From: Antedon mediterranea
Taxonomy: Eukaryota; Animalia; Echinodermata
NCBI RefSeq assembly: GCF_964355755.1
Contig: NC_092672.1
Location: 2,542,001 to 2,606,000 of the forward strand
Length of the DNA stretch: 64,000 nt
Direction: 5' to 3'
Shown here one piece after another: positions 63,111 through 64,000 of the stretch. Position 1 is the stretch's first letter, and each line of letters begins with the position of its first letter. A program made the translations under genes and the position numbers. The notes under the pieces were generated by a model. That model searched no databases and had not been told where the DNA came from. It was given only the letters and a program-made list of their open reading frames with translations.

Positions 63111-64000
63111 ACTTGATGACAATGTTATCCCAACTTGTTACAGCACCAGTTACAGTTACTGCAGTAACTACATCTTTTAAAACCTTACTCTAGTGGTTCA
63201 TTATGTCTATATTGAAAGTAAGGTACTGCAGTAACTGCAGTACTACCTGTAGTACAATTTAACGTAATCTCTAACAAGTGAGTGTGTGCAAACACCAATA
63301 ATAGTTTTTAATCTTAAATAATTAGTGTGACAGATGAATTAGATTTCTGAAGAACTTGTTAAAAGATTACACAGTAGCTACAGTAAATAAATAAACTAAA
63401 TAAACCTGCCTGTTTGCTTTGTTTTAGAGGAAATTATACAAGCCACAAATGCCTTTGTAAACTAACCTGCCTCCAGCAGTGCGCCTTATTTACACCTCTT
63501 CTATACAATTATTTTGTTTCCGGTATTAACAGGCATTGTCTGTCTCTTCTAAGAAATTGACAGCAGTTACGTCAAACTGTCATAGATTTTAAATTATTTT
63601 CTGTGTTATTTATCACAATTAGCATTCTGCCACCATCAAACAGAACAATTTAAAAAAAAAACAATTAAAAAATCTAGGTTACCTCCACCACTTCAAAAAT
63701 AATGTTTACTACAAACAATGCCACAAAAGGATAAGAAGTGTTATTGTACTATGTAGCATTCATCTTGAATTTAAAAAGGATTTTGTAGCATTGACACCAG
63801 TAGAATGCCATTTGTGTGGAGTACCATTAGAGAAGTGTTTATAAGAGGGTTAAAGGTATTCATACTTTGCCCTCTACTCTTGTAGCCAGGGTAATCTAGT
63901 GAATTGTGTATGAATGATTCTCACACTATTAACTTTAAGCTTGGTAGCATGTAGACATATTTAGACAAGGGAAAATTGAGAGAAAATAGTGAGAAAATGG

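Overview
AT-rich, intron-containing animal DNA, most likely from a marine invertebrate (a Deu/Nin-type SINE and a NIDO/HYR adhesion GPCR suggest an echinoderm-like deuterostome; this is inference). Host genes: a complete 14-exon 6-phosphogluconate dehydrogenase (+, 277-8117); a small Cys-tailed (CYSTM-like) protein (+, 10243-10527); an adhesion GPCR whose NIDO+HYR exon block is tandemly duplicated (-, 25717-12527); a divergent GT14 xylosyltransferase-like gene (-, ~37309-27947); a secreted SUEL-lectin-like ORF/exon (-, 43664-42861); and a probable signal-peptide first exon (+, 58776-58849). The most unusual object is a Gypsy-like LTR element (45776-53565, CAGT target duplication, tRNA-Ser PBS, PPT) with gag but no pol. 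Its 2.7-kb 3' LTR itself carries GC-rich cassettes, each preceded by a splice acceptor: a PHD finger and a Zn-finger + TatD-fold protein with substituted metal ligands. The 5' LTR lacks this cargo. Also notable is a (TA)n-bounded intronic module that pairs a minimal hammerhead ribozyme with an antisense tRNA-like gene (anticodon ATC). Many MITEs, a truncated LINE, SINEs and minisatellites fill the introns. All calls are by eye and no database search was run.
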